Shown here: one piece after another, positions 27,988-41,697 of the stretch
Layout: the number at the start of each line of letters is the position of its first letter
How positions within the stretch are numbered: position 1 is the first letter of the stretch
From: the human T2T-CHM13v2.0 reference genome, Homo sapiens
Length of the DNA: 64,000 nt
Strand: one strand, 5' to 3'
Assembly (NCBI RefSeq): GCF_009914755.1
Contig: NC_060927.1
Made by a program: the position numbers and the translations under genes
The notes under the pieces: model-generated
Seen by the model: the letters and a program-made list of their open reading frames with translations, nothing else
The model's database searches: none
What the model was told of the DNA's origin: nothing

Positions 27988-28499
27988 TGCCAAGACAAGG
28001 TGGGTCAGGGAGATCCTCACCCAGCAGTGCTAGAGGAATTAAAGACATACACACAGAAATATAGAGGTGTGGAGTGGGAAATCAGGGGTCTTATAGCCTT
28101 CAGAGCTTAGAGCTTCCAACAGAGATTTACCTATGTATTTATTAACAGCAAGCCAGTGATAAGCATTGTTTCTATAGATTATAGATTAACTAAAAGTATT
28201 CCTTATGCGAAATAAAGAGATGGGCCGAAATAAAGGGATGGGTCTGGCTAGTTATCTGCAGCAGGAGCATATCCTTAAGGCACAGATCACTCATGCTATT
28301 GTTTGTGGTTTAAGAAAACCCGTAAGCAGTTTTCCACCCTGGGTGGGCCAGGTGTTCCTTGCCCTCATTCCGGTAAACCCACAACCTTCCAATGTGGGCA
28401 TCATGGCCATCATGTACATGTCACAGTGCTTCAGAGATTTTGTTTATGGCCAGTTTTGGGGCCAGTTTATGGCCAGATTTGGGAGGCCTGTTCCCAACA
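27988..28499 (-). repeat. 5' LTR (MER9)
   Basis: Reverse complement TGTTGGGAACAGGCC...GTCTTGGCA; colinear with the 3' LTR. Confidence 0.95.
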
Positions 28500-30780
28500 G
28501 CATTTTCATTTCTAATTGTAGATAATGTAAGTTGCTTTCACATTGACTACTTTGAAATAGGGAGGACACGACTTGAAGGTCACAGGAGACTGTTTCTTGG
28601 CAAGATGTTACTCATTCAATAATAACTGAATTAAGAGGGAGCTCTCATAGTCTAGATTCTATCTATAAGGGAAAAAATAGACAGAAAAATAATAAATACC
28701 AACTACGAACATGGTAGGGCTTTAATCACGTTACCATTTTTTTCAGTCACGATCAACCTGACAAACGTGCCTGAAATAACCATTCAGTTTACCCAGACAC
28801 AACAGAGTGGTGTCCATTTGAAAAGCCAAAGCAATTCTTGATGTATTCTTAGAGCTCAAGATAAATAGATGTGCTACTACTTTTCTACCCTCACCCCGGT
28901 TGCCATATCTCCAAATATCTTCATCATGGACCTAGCATCTTAGAAAGTTACAGTGATGTAGGAGACTTTTTGTATTTTCCTCAACTTCCTTCACTACTCT
29001 TACCCTGTTGACAGTTTATAAGCCCTGCACCATCTGGGGAACAGACTGTTGGCTGCCAAGTAGACTCATTAACATTCCCCTCCAGGAACTCTTGCTGTTT
29101 AATTAGGCTGTCAGCTGGATTCAAGCAGTGAGAGCCTTAGGTGGCTGTGTAACAAATCCATGACTCCATGCATTCAGATGTCAAGGTCACTAAGATTCCT
29201 GCTTATACTCATATGAGAAAAGGAATCCAGATCGTTGGCTGTTAAAATCCAAGTTATCAATGACTTCAATGTAAACGGGACTTTCCATAGTTAATTGAGA
29301 CACTAAGTTATCCCCCTAAATTCACAGCTGTCACTACTACATTGTTTGAGAATCCTCTAACCCCTAGGCCATCATGTCTGGCATTCATGCTAACTTTCTT
29401 GTCAGAGCTAGTCAATAGAGTTTGTAGAGTTCATTCCAAACCCATACTGAAATTACTCTATGTACCATAATTAAATGCATCCAATTAATTAAGTTCTCTG
29501 AGAACAGATTACTAATAGTGTTAGCACTCTAGACATATTTGATTTAAATAGAACAGTGATTTTTTTTCAATGACAATTTGGTAAACTTCTATTACGAGAA
29601 AAATGCTTCTCAACTGAATGGTTTGGTTACTGTTGTGTAAACAATTTTCTAACCATTGTTAGTTTGAAGGAAAGGGAAAAACTTCTTTAGGCACAATGTG
29701 GAAACCTGGAGTTTTCTAAATCCAGAGAGAGAACAATCACCCATAGCTGTCAATCAATTCTAGTAACTTTTGGTTGATTAAGTATTCATCTATCTACTGA
29801 TTAAGTCATTTAATTTATTAATTTGTCAAATATTTATTGGTTATTCACACATAGCTAGGCCCTGGGCTCGGTGCTATTAATATATTAGTAACTCAGTATA
29901 GGCACTGAACAAGTCTCTATTTTACTGAGGGAGGCAGTTATTCATCTAAGAATCATGAAAACAAAATATAATCAAACAATAAGTAAACATACCTACATCC
30001 ATGAGGTGTCATAATTGAGGGGCCAAATCTGCTGAAAATGGAGGAATGATAAGTCGGGGGGTGCATAATCAACACTTGGTGGAGGCAGGCAGAGAGAACC
30101 TTCTGAAAAGAGAAAAAGCACATGCAGACACTCTGTGTCTGTGGGAGCAAGACATCTGTATGAAAGCTCGTAAGCTCATTTTTAGAAAAGAGGTGGAATT
30201 ACAATAAGTGAGGTCTAAGGAAAGGCTTTCTGAATCTACCCAGATTGTTAAACTATTTTCTCTACGGCAGCTAGAGTGTCACCTTTCAGCAGTATCCTTA
30301 ACATTAAGACCTGTGCTGTTTTCTTCGGGCTGTCTAAACCTAATCCTGCCATTGGTGAAAAGAAAAAGTAGTGAATAGATTAGATGGCTCAGTTTTGCTT
30401 TTTCCTCCTACCTACTAGTCTTGACTGAAAAAGAATATGATGAATCTTTGTATAATCCTCATAGTGAATTTAGAAGGAGTTGTCAGGGACATTGCTTTAT
30501 AATGGGTTTCTTCTGGTGGTGTATTGAAAATGCTTGGCCCAAGAAATATTGTTATTAACCTTTTTAAGTAAAATAATGACACTTCGTGTGAAGTCATTGC
30601 TTTTTAAAGCTATTTTACCTGTTGCTGTGTGTACGTATTTCTTCATTTTTTTCTTTAAACATCTTTTATTCATCTCTTTTTTCCCACAAGTTTTTCAAAG
30701 GAAGTGAAATATTCTGTTATCTCTAAATAATTATTGTTTTCTTGCTGCTTACAGATGTCAATAGGAGACTTTGAGCTGTG

Positions 30781-31594
30781 TTTATTTATTTTTTTTTCAA
30801 GTTTTAATTTTAAGTGCAATGATCTGGGGTGAATTTTCGGTCTTATGGAAAGCAGCCATATCCATCGACTACACAGAATCCTCAAAAGCAGTGACCTGCT
30901 CCGCCAGTGTATCTGCTCCAACTTTATCATCTTCAGTTACACACTGGATTTGAAGTTTTTAAATTACATATTCCATCAGAACTAGTTTAGAGGAGCCCTA
31001 GACTAAGCCGTCTGCTTGAATGCTTCTAACACATTCCTCTAGTTTTGCCATATCTGCCACATCATCCCACGGTTTCACATCAGTATGATGGAAAATGGCA
31101 ACAAGTGCATGTTTTTTGGCTTTCTTTGATTCATTCTGGGCAAGCCATTCTTCCATTAACCTCTTTGCTGCTTCACCTTCCTCCTCCTTATCAGATCCAA
31201 GGAGATCAATGTCATCATCATCTTTACTATTTGCAGCTCTGCTTCCTGTAGTGTCTTCTACATTAGCAGCACCGTATTTGCCCAAAGGTTTCTTCACTCC
31301 TGGAAGGCTGGCCTTTTCTTTTCATGAGAATTGATGTGACTTTACCAACATAGGGCAAGACACGAGTTCACAGGCAATGGGCCAGAGACTGCTTCAAATA
31401 CTGCCACATCTGCTTGTGGTGGCACATAACCTTCGATGTAGCTCTTGTCTGCCAGGTAATCATTGAGCACATGGAGGCCAGCAGGGCTTTTCAGGTCTCT
31501 GAAACCCATGGTGTCAGCTGTATTTGAGAGCTGGGTAGCAGCAAAATGAAAGAGTGTAAATTGTGGGCACCCCTGCTAAGAGAGGGAAAAAAAG
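30781..31594 (-). pseudogene. EEF1B2P: Processed pseudogene of eukaryotic translation elongation factor 1 beta (EEF1B2)
   Basis: Intronless. ATG at 31509 gives [30 protein letters not shown]...; later [19 protein letters not shown] and [14 protein letters not shown]. Premature stops at 31342-31344, 30998-31000 and ~30870. 5'UTR with pyrimidine tract, 3'UTR, A-tail remnant at 30781-30797. Confidence 0.95.
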
Positions 31595-31597
31595 CTA

Positions 31598-31789
31598 GTT
31601 TTGGTTTGTTAAAACCCGAAGACACACAGAAAGAAAACAAACCCCAACTGTATTTAGCAAGCTGTCACAGCCTGTCTTTTCAAGAGAAAGATGAAAGTGC
31701 TCATAGGCTGCCAGGGAAATCATACTTGGATTTCAATATATTAAAGTCCCCTTCCTATTTCACTTATAAACATATCTGTGGAGAAAGAA
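31598..31789 (+). repeat. 192-bp direct repeat, copy 1 (partner 34237-34428)
   Basis: Ungapped alignment with about 16 mismatches (~92%). Confidence 0.95.
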
Positions 31790-32245
31790 AGGAAGAAAAG
31801 TTCGTAAATACAAATAGAATTTCATCCACATGTTCCAAAATTGCGGTGATATGATTTCTGTTTTATAGACTTCACTTATAAGAAAGGTTACAGAGTGTGA
31901 GCAATCTGTCAAATATCCCACAAATGGCAAGTGCTACATTTGACGGATAGGCATTGTTTTAAATATTTTCAATTAATGCTTTTGCTCTGGATAGTTCTTT
32001 AAAATTAATCTCAATTGTATGAATAGTATGTTGTGTTTAATTATTAACATTGAACATTGTTAATATTTATACAAGTAACTTTACAAATATAACTCAAAAT
32101 GATCTTTACTATCTGGGCATTAAAGCCAATAGCCGTACTATATTAGCTATTTCACTGTGTTAGCTACAGGGTATACATAGTAGGACAATATCTGGGACTC
32201 AGTGTGGACCACAAGCTGACTGTGAGTTTATAAAGAAATTCTTCA

Positions 32246-32546
<301 letters not shown>

Positions 32547-33955
32547 TCAGAGAAGCATAATGTATTTGTAATTTTATAAATACATAGTCATGCAGTCATC
32601 CATTTTTCTTTTCTTAAAAAAATTGGAATATGAGATATTTAAGAAAAGAGTAGAAGAGGGCAACAACCTCATTAAAATGCCAGACAATATTACCAATGAG
32701 AAAAGCCTAAATAAATTGGAATTAGTTCATGTGCAGATGAAAAAGCTAATGGTCTTTCATAAGTCAATAATGATTTTAAGCAGCAAGGAAAGCATTTTAT
32801 AAGCAGAATTATGATCAGCTGGTTTTATTATTCAGTGAAAATAAAGTATGAGAAAATAAATCTACACTGGAATTTTATATGAAAATATTCTGTTACATCT
32901 GTTGCTGTTACATGTGCTGGATGTTTTCCTGTTTAAAGTCTTCATCCATAGACATTTCAAATGCACAACTTCATAGTCTTCTGCTAGGGCTGGCTAAAGT
33001 GATGGCAAAAGAAACCAAGTACTCTAGATTGTTCCATGGATGGGGAGGGAGAAAGTAAGTGGAAAGAAGGATATAGCAGTGTCCAAATTTGAATCAAAAA
33101 TATCTAAATTTCCTCAGTCTTAGGAAACATAGATTATTTCTCTTCCATTCATTTTCCAAATATAAGGAATAAAATCAGTTATTTAGTTTCACCTGCTCAC
33201 TTGCACAAATATATATATATATATATATATATAGTTTTATACACCACAAAATTATATATTGTAGTAAATCCATGAGCTTATGCCTATGTAATTTTGCCTG
33301 TATTAGCCATTCTAAGTTGTACTAAGGAAAGTCTTGCATTAAAGGAGATACATAGATGCACTTGGGTAAATATAGAAGTCTTCAACTGGATTCAAACAGA
33401 TGGGACTTAACCACAACTGGAACTCATACATTATGGTAGCAGAAAAGCTGGATCACAGGTGCAAGGGAAGCCCAGAAGTTTCTTGGTAAGTTTAAGAAAG
33501 AAAAGGGGGAAAGGAGTCTTTATTTTCTTTTATTTAACATGAACAAAACCCATTTAATTACTGTCAGAACAGTGGAAAGAGATGGTGTTAACTTTGAATG
33601 AAGAGAGGATAAATGTCTACTGCTTTGAATCTTTTCTAATTTAGCATTACTATTTGGGTGAGGTAATAGAGACAGCAACTTAATCTTGAAGGAAAACTGC
33701 AGGAGCTTGTTTTGGTTAAACAATGTACTTTTGCCATCCTGACAGGATTATTGATAGAGAAAGAAACTCAAGGTCACAGGCCTTGATATTTTGCTCATTC
33801 TATGGCAATCTTATTTTTTGGAGATTGTTGGCTCAGCTAGTTCTTTGCTAGATGCTGGGAAGATAAATTTGAACTTGGGCTTGTGACACCACTTAACTTG
33901 TAATAATGATTGTTATCAGTGCCTCTCCATCCTGTTTGTAGGGCTGGAAGTTTGG

Positions 33956-33956
<1 letters not shown>

Positions 33957-34007
<51 letters not shown>
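33957..34007. repeat. (TG)25 microsatellite
   Basis: Uninterrupted TG run. Confidence 0.98.
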
Positions 34008-34009
<2 letters not shown>

Positions 34010-34236
34010 CCAACTGTGAATGACATTTGAAATGCCCAGCTATTTCTTCCAAAGTGGTGGTTGGGAATTACTACTATCATAGAACTATAAATGCTCTTAC
34101 ATTATTTAGGGCAAGGAAATGCTATTGATCCATTTGTCTCTATAACGGGGCTAATTTTTTCATTTGATTTTATAAACTTAATCTTAACCAATCACTTAGC
34201 AAGAACTATTTAACTATCATATGTATGTTTTAATCT

Positions 34237-34428
34237 GTTTCGGTTTGTGTAAACCCAAAGACATGCAGAAAGAAAACAAACCCTAATTGTATTTAGCAAG
34301 CACTCACAGACTCTCTTTTCAAGAGAAAGATGAAAGTGCTCATAGGCTGCAAGGGAAATCATACTTGGATTTCAATATATTAAACTCCCCTTCCTATTTC
34401 ACTTATAAATATATCTCTGGAGAAAGAA
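34237..34428 (+). repeat. 192-bp direct repeat, copy 2 (partner 31598-31789)
   Basis: See copy 1; offset 2639 bp. Confidence 0.95.
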
Positions 34429-34929
34429 CCAAAGAAACTTTGGTTTATTTACTAAATAAATTTTTTACTTGTAAACTCTGTGATAATAATGTATTTCATA
34501 CTTAACATATTTTTTTCTACATATATTTTTATAAAATGGAGCTGGCTATGTTTTTTGTTGGTGAAAACAATGTAAGTATACAGTTTTGAGAAAGTCAACT
34601 AGTAGGTAAAAGTTCAGGAAAAGGAGACAAAATAATTATAATGCAAAGGTGAACAGTCTGTTTACCTTTAAGTGACAGCTGAATTATTGCAGTGTCACAG
34701 AGTAACTTGGCAGGATTTAGGATTATGAAAACATTTTTATCGCTTGTTAGTTAAATAGTATTTAAAAATTAAACAATTGATTTGATAAATATGTATGTAG
34801 TTGCTTAATATAGGTAATTTTTAAGCATTATTTTAAACTGCTAAAAAGCTTGAGGAACAAATCCTTCGAAACATAGACTGGTCCAGGTGCAATGGTTCAT
34901 GCCTGTAATCTCAGCACTTTAGGAGGCAG

Positions 34930-34970
34930 AGTAAAATATATATAAACAGCCTGTTTATATATATTTTACT
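34930..34970. repeat. Perfect hairpin: 20-bp arms, 1-nt spacer
   Basis: agtaaaatatatataaacag-c-ctgtttatatatattttact. Confidence 0.97.
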
Positions 34971-34972
34971 GC

Positions 34973-35264
34973 TTTTGAGACAGGGTCTTGTTCTGTCACC
35001 CAGCCTGGAATGCAGTCTTGTCATCACAGCTCACTGCAGCCTCCACCTTCTGAGCCCAAGCAGTCCTCTTGCCTTAGCCTCCCCAGTAGTTGAGGCCACA
35101 GGAATGTGCCACTATGTCCCCACTAATTTTTTTACTTCTATTTTTTATAGAGATGGATCTCCCTACATTGCCCAGGCTAGTCTCAAACTCTTGGGCTAAA
35201 CCAATGCTCCTGCCTCTGCCTCCTAAAGTGCTGAGATTACAGGCATGAACCATTGCACCCGGCC
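34973..35264 (-). mobile_element. AluJ-like SINE, tail replaced by the hairpin
   Basis: gagacagggtcttgttctgtcaccc...tcacagctcactgcagcctc...ttgcccaggctagtctcaaactcttgggct (J diagnostics). Confidence 0.9.
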
Positions 35265-35861
35265 CAGTCTGTTTTTGGAAGGATTTGTTCCTCAAGCTTT
35301 TTAGCAGTTTAAAATAACGCTTAAAAATTATCTATATTAGGCAACTACATCCGTATTTGTCAAATCAGTTGTTTAATTTTTAAATGCTATTTAACTAATA
35401 AGTGATACAAATGTTTTCATAATCCTAAATCCTGCTGAGTTACTCTGTGACACTGCAATAATTCAGCTGTCACTTAATAGTCAAAATTCTGTGATGGGTA
35501 AAACAATGTGAAGTTCAGAAATCCTGTATACCCAGGAACCAGGTTCATCCCAGGAATTTATTCCAGTTCTCTTCAACCTGTCGTTGTCTAGATCTTATAT
35601 AGACTCTCTTTGGAGGCAGCAATCAAAAGCAAATCAGTTTATGGAGTTGGATTGTGAAGATGGTGGTATTGTTGGTGTTAGGATAGAGATTTGCCATGAA
35701 GAAAATAGTTTACTCTTGGGGAAAAGAAGAAAAAAAAAAAAAGAAAAACGACAACAAAACCACCAAGACAACAGGTTCAAACAATGTAGTTTCTTAAGAA
35801 ATCAAGTGATGATGCTCACTTCTCTAAGTTCCAAGTCCAGGATATGTTACTTATTTGGGAT

Positions 35862-36290
35862 TGTATCAGTGAGGAAACAGATCATATACTCAAGCTGAGT
35901 AAAGATGTAGGCAATTTTAGGCAAAGTGCCTCAGGGCTGGCATCCAGGGCGCCTTAACTGCCCTCTCCCTAAAGGGCAGGGGGCAGATGAAACAGTCTGA
36001 AAGGAGAGTTAGGTAGAAGACATCACTGGAGTAGCCGTGGCCTTGAGTCAGGGACAGGGTCAACTTTCTGTGACTTATCAGGGAGGAAGCTTGGGAAACA
36101 AACACTCTGACCTCACTCTCCTCCTGACCAGTGATCTCCAACTCTTGGCCCTCATTGGCCAAATCCAACTAGCAGCCAGAGTGGAAGTGATCTTACTCAT
36201 GTAGCTCATACTTGTTAGCTTCTCTGGGAACAAAGCAGCCTGAAGAAGGGTGGAGCTGATCTGGAGGGGCCAGTGAAAACTCTCTGCGTA
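35862..36290 (-). mobile_element. LTR33-like ERVL LTR
   Basis: cattggccaaatccaactagcagccagag...gaagggtggagctgatctggaggggc resembles LTR33. Confidence 0.55.
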
Positions 36291-38584
36291 GAAATCCTTC
36301 CCGGTGGAGCTGTTTGTAAAACTCCAACAAAATTGGCTTGGTTTTCATCAAAACTCCAACTAAACTGGCTTGGCTTTAAGTAGAAGGAAGCTTTTTTGTT
36401 ACCTTAAGATATGATTAAATAATGCGTAGTTTGAAAAGTACTTCATCTAATCACTTATTGATTTAAAAATTCATTTTCGACAATTACATATATTAATAAT
36501 ATATCAGAGTAAAAAGTGAGAAAAAAAATTACAAGTCTTCTAACCAACATTTAAAAAGAAGGAATAGTCACTATGAAGGCAGCTAGGAGACCTGGAAATT
36601 CAAGTGACTTTGATGTCAGAGCTGAATTTGAATCCTGGGCGAGACATTACTATTGAGACCTTATGTAATTTACTTACCTGGGCACTGTGCTGCTTGATGG
36701 ACCCACATTTAGGAGACGCTTAACAACCTAGTGCTTCTATTGTCGTCGGGACTCCCTTGCTGAAGTCTTACTATAAATCACTGGGAAAACAAATAATATT
36801 CATTTTAGTATGCTGCAGAGCTTTGTAATCTTGCTCTAAAACTGTTAATGCCTATTATTAGATTCTTTCAGAGTCAAAAAACAAAGTGAGCTGATTCTAC
36901 ATAGAATTTGCAAGGGGATAGTCTTTAAATTTTTAGATAGCTATGACCAGATTTAATGATCTTGTTGAACCATGTCAAAAGACATACAAGGTATAGTAAT
37001 CCCAGTTTAAATGGAGGATGTCCTACCAGTCCCATCTCTGTCACCAGTGAAGAGAAGCAAGCCTGTGTAATTCAAGTCATTTTAGACACATTTATGTTTG
37101 AAACAAGGAATGTAAGAGCAGGTGTCACAATACAGTTTTCAACATATGGTAAGCTCTTCCACTGCAGCTGGCTGCAATCCTTGTCAAAGGTCATGGAGAA
37201 AAAAAAGAGAGTCAGAAGTCACTATGAGCTTTAAAAGCACATTCAGGAAACTGCACTGTTATAAACCGTGTTCACTGAACCCGAGAAAAACCTAGCCCTT
37301 TTATCAATAATGTAGAATGAATTGAAAGCTGATTCTGAATTTAGTTATGTAAGTTTCCATATAGCTGTGAGCAACAGAGATATAGAGAATTGAATCAAGA
37401 AGGTCAGAGACCCTCTCACATAACGGTATTCGGTCTTAATGTTGCCATCAAGCTCCAGATATGAGTGAAAGGATGTATAACGGGAACAGTGTAACCGAAT
37501 GCACTTTGAGATTCAACCAGTTAGCCCCTTCAGTGTCTGTATTCACTGCACTGCAGAGAACAAGTGGAAATCCTGAAATGTAGCCACTCTGCAATCACTG
37601 AAACAGGGTGACTGTTCCACCACTCTCCAGAACTAGGTGTGTGAAAGGAGAGGTTGATGAGACAGATCCACATTTCAGGGAAAGACACGAGTTATAGTAA
37701 CCACAAACAGAAAATGACATTGCACGTACTATGAGGACAGAAGTAGTTAGGTTACCTGTCACCTTCTCTGAGGAGCCTTTCCTAACCCTCCAAGCCTGGG
37801 TTAGGCAGCTTTCTTGAGTGCTCCTGGGCCTCCATATCACTATCATGTAGTGCTGTGTGTAGTTGCTTATCTAAATTGTACACCAAACCGGAAGTTCCAT
37901 GAGGGCAGGGACTGTCTCTTCAGTGCTCTATCCAGCACCTTGCACTGAGACTGCCACAAAGTAGATGCTCAGTACCTGCTTTTTCAGCAGCAGAAACAAC
38001 CAAAAGTGCTTGTAACTGGAAAAGAGGGAAAACCCTTGTGGCTGTTACACAACTGCTCTTTTACCCTGAATGGCTTATGGTGAGGTGGGATTGTTTCTTG
38101 GTTAGTTTGGATGCTTTTCCTGGAAGATATTGTTAATAAATTCTTGTTTAAAAAAAAGTCTTGCATTTAGAGTTTAATCTGACAGGAAGGAAGTGTATCC
38201 ACTCTAGATTATCCTTGATCCTTGCCCCTATCAAAGACCTTGTCAGGCTTTTCAGTGTCTGGCTACAATAATCCAAAAACAGGTGAGATGTCGCTTGTGA
38301 ACACACATGTAGGCAATCTAGTGTTTGCCCACAACAGAGACAACAGCTTTCCTGATACCCATGTTGTCATTTAACCAAGAATCAATAAATTAAAAGGAAA
38401 TTTGGAGGCATCCTGTAAATCTTTGTAAATGTCAAGGCCTATCTAATTATTTCCCTTTGATTTTTAAAGTTAATTGCCTAAGCACTCAATACTGAATCCT
38501 CAGTTTGCTAAAAGAAGGTTGTGGATTCCTATTTTTGATCAAGATAGAAATATGCTGAGTTTTCTTACCTTGTAAAATGCTCTC

Positions 38585-39760
38585 TTAAAGATTTAAATGT
38601 AAGACCTCAAACTGTAAAAATCCTAGAAGAAAACATAGGAGACACCATTCTGGACGTGGGCCTTGGGAAAGAATTTATGACTAAGTTCTCAAAAGCGATT
38701 ACAACAAAAACAAAAATTGACTAGTGGAACCTAATTAAACTGAAGAGCTTTGGCACCGCAAAAGAAGCTATCAGCAGAGTAATCAGGCAGCCTACAGAAT
38801 GGGAGAATGTATTTGCAAACTATGCATCCAACCCAGGACTAATATCTAGATTTCATAAGAAACTTAAACAACTCAACAAGCAAACAACAACAACAGACAT
38901 TAAAAGGTGGGCAAAGGACACAGACACTTCTCAAAACAAGACATATCAGCGGCCAACAGACGTATGAAAACAATGCTCAACATCACTGATTATCAGAGAA
39001 ATGTAAAATAAAACCACAATAAGATACCATCTCACACTAGTCAGAATGGTTATTGTTAAAAAGACAAAAAATAACAGATGCTGCAGGGCTGCAGAGAAAA
39101 AGGAATGCTTATACACTGTTGGTGGGAATGTAAATTAGCTTAGTTACTGTGGAAAGCAGTCTGGAGATGCCTCAAAGAACTAAAAGCAGAACTACCGTTT
39201 GACCCAGCAATCCCTACTAGGTATATATCCAAAAGAAAGTAATTTATTATACCAAAAAGACACAGCCACTTGTATGTTCATCACAGCACCATTCAAAATA
39301 GCAAAGACATGGAATCCACCCATGTGCCTATCAATGGTAGATAGGATAAAGAAAATGTGGTATATATACACCATGAAATACAATGCAGCTAAAAAAAGAA
39401 TGAAATGAAGTCTTTGAAACAACATGAATGGAGCTGGAGGTCATAATCCTAAGTGAATTAATGTAGGAATAGAAAACCATATACCACATGTTCTCATTTG
39501 TAGGTGGGAGCTAAACATTGCGTACTCCTGGAAATAAAGATGGGAATGAGAGACTCTAGGAACTATTACAGTCGGGGGAAAGGAAGGTGGGGCAAAGGCT
39601 GAAAAACTACCTTTTGGGTACTGTGTTCACTACCTGGATGTTGGGATCTTTTGAACCTGAAATCCTTAGCTTCATGCAATATGCCTATGTAACAAACCTG
39701 CACATGTACCCCTGAATCTAAAAGAAAAGTTGAGCTTGTAAAACAATAGAATAAAAAATT
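38585..39760 (+). mobile_element. 5'-truncated L1PB/L1PA15-16-like element
   Basis: ORF2 3' part (LLGIYPKE, KIAKTWN, KKMWYIYTM) with stops; 3'UTR ending acatgtacccctgaatctaaaagaaaagttg. Confidence 0.9.
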
Positions 39761-40440
39761 AGTTTTTACACTTCTTACTCCTCACAGGAATGGATGATTT
39801 TTAAAAGTTATAGATGGACATCATTTGAAATAATTTAAAAGTTATAGAAATAAAGGGTGATATGAGAGAAGAAATTTCAGAACTTTCTAAAGTATATGCA
39901 TAATATTCAAAGACTCAAGAGAATTAAAAACAAAACAAAACATTGAATGTTGTGATAGACCACCTCAAAAGAAAGGCATTTGTGAAGATTTGGAGAGATA
40001 AGGAGATTCTTCCATTCAGTGTTGTCTCTCGCAAACTTGGGAGGACGTCTCTTGGGGTTCTCTGTGACTGAGGATGAGTGCAAAGTTTAACTTAGGTCTT
40101 GCTATCAAGTTCACTTGGGAATAAAGTGAAAAATTTAGCATCAAAGATAGCAAACTCTGGTAGTGAAAATGAAAATGAAAGCTTTTGAAGAAAATAGTCC
40201 TGGAGATAAGATTTATAATTTATTGGTTTGTAAACATTGGTCGAGTTATATTTTAACTCAATAAATAACCATCTGGGACGCAACATTTGCAATCAGAATA
40301 CCTTTGAAAAAGTATGCACTTGGTATCTTCCATGGAAAACTCAATTGGGAGCATGGGTTCCTCTAAAATAGATCAACCATTAAGAAAATTGCCAGCAATT
40401 ATATGTTGGTTAAATTCCCCATACGCCACTTATGTTTTAA

Positions 40441-41697
<1,257 letters not shown>

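Larger units (their letters stand above)
23384..28499 (-). mobile_element. HERV-K(HML-3) (HERVK9/MER9) provirus, internally deleted, 5116 bp
   Basis: Two MER9 LTRs with TG...CA ends; TSD GCATT at 23379-23383 and 28500-28504; PBS; PPT; betaretroviral gag, dUTPase-pro, pol and env remnants in order. Confidence 0.95.
34668..35477. repeat. Large inverted repeat: 264-bp arms (34668-34931 and 35214-35477) with a 282-bp spacer
   Basis: The left arm ttaagtgacagctgaattattgcag...ctttaggaggcagag is the reverse complement of the right arm; about 18 mismatches, no indels. Confidence 0.97.

Noticed and set aside
30998-31297. 99-aa EF1-beta-like ORF as a functional CDS
   Set aside because: It is an internal fragment of the processed pseudogene, bounded by premature stops, with a GTG start.
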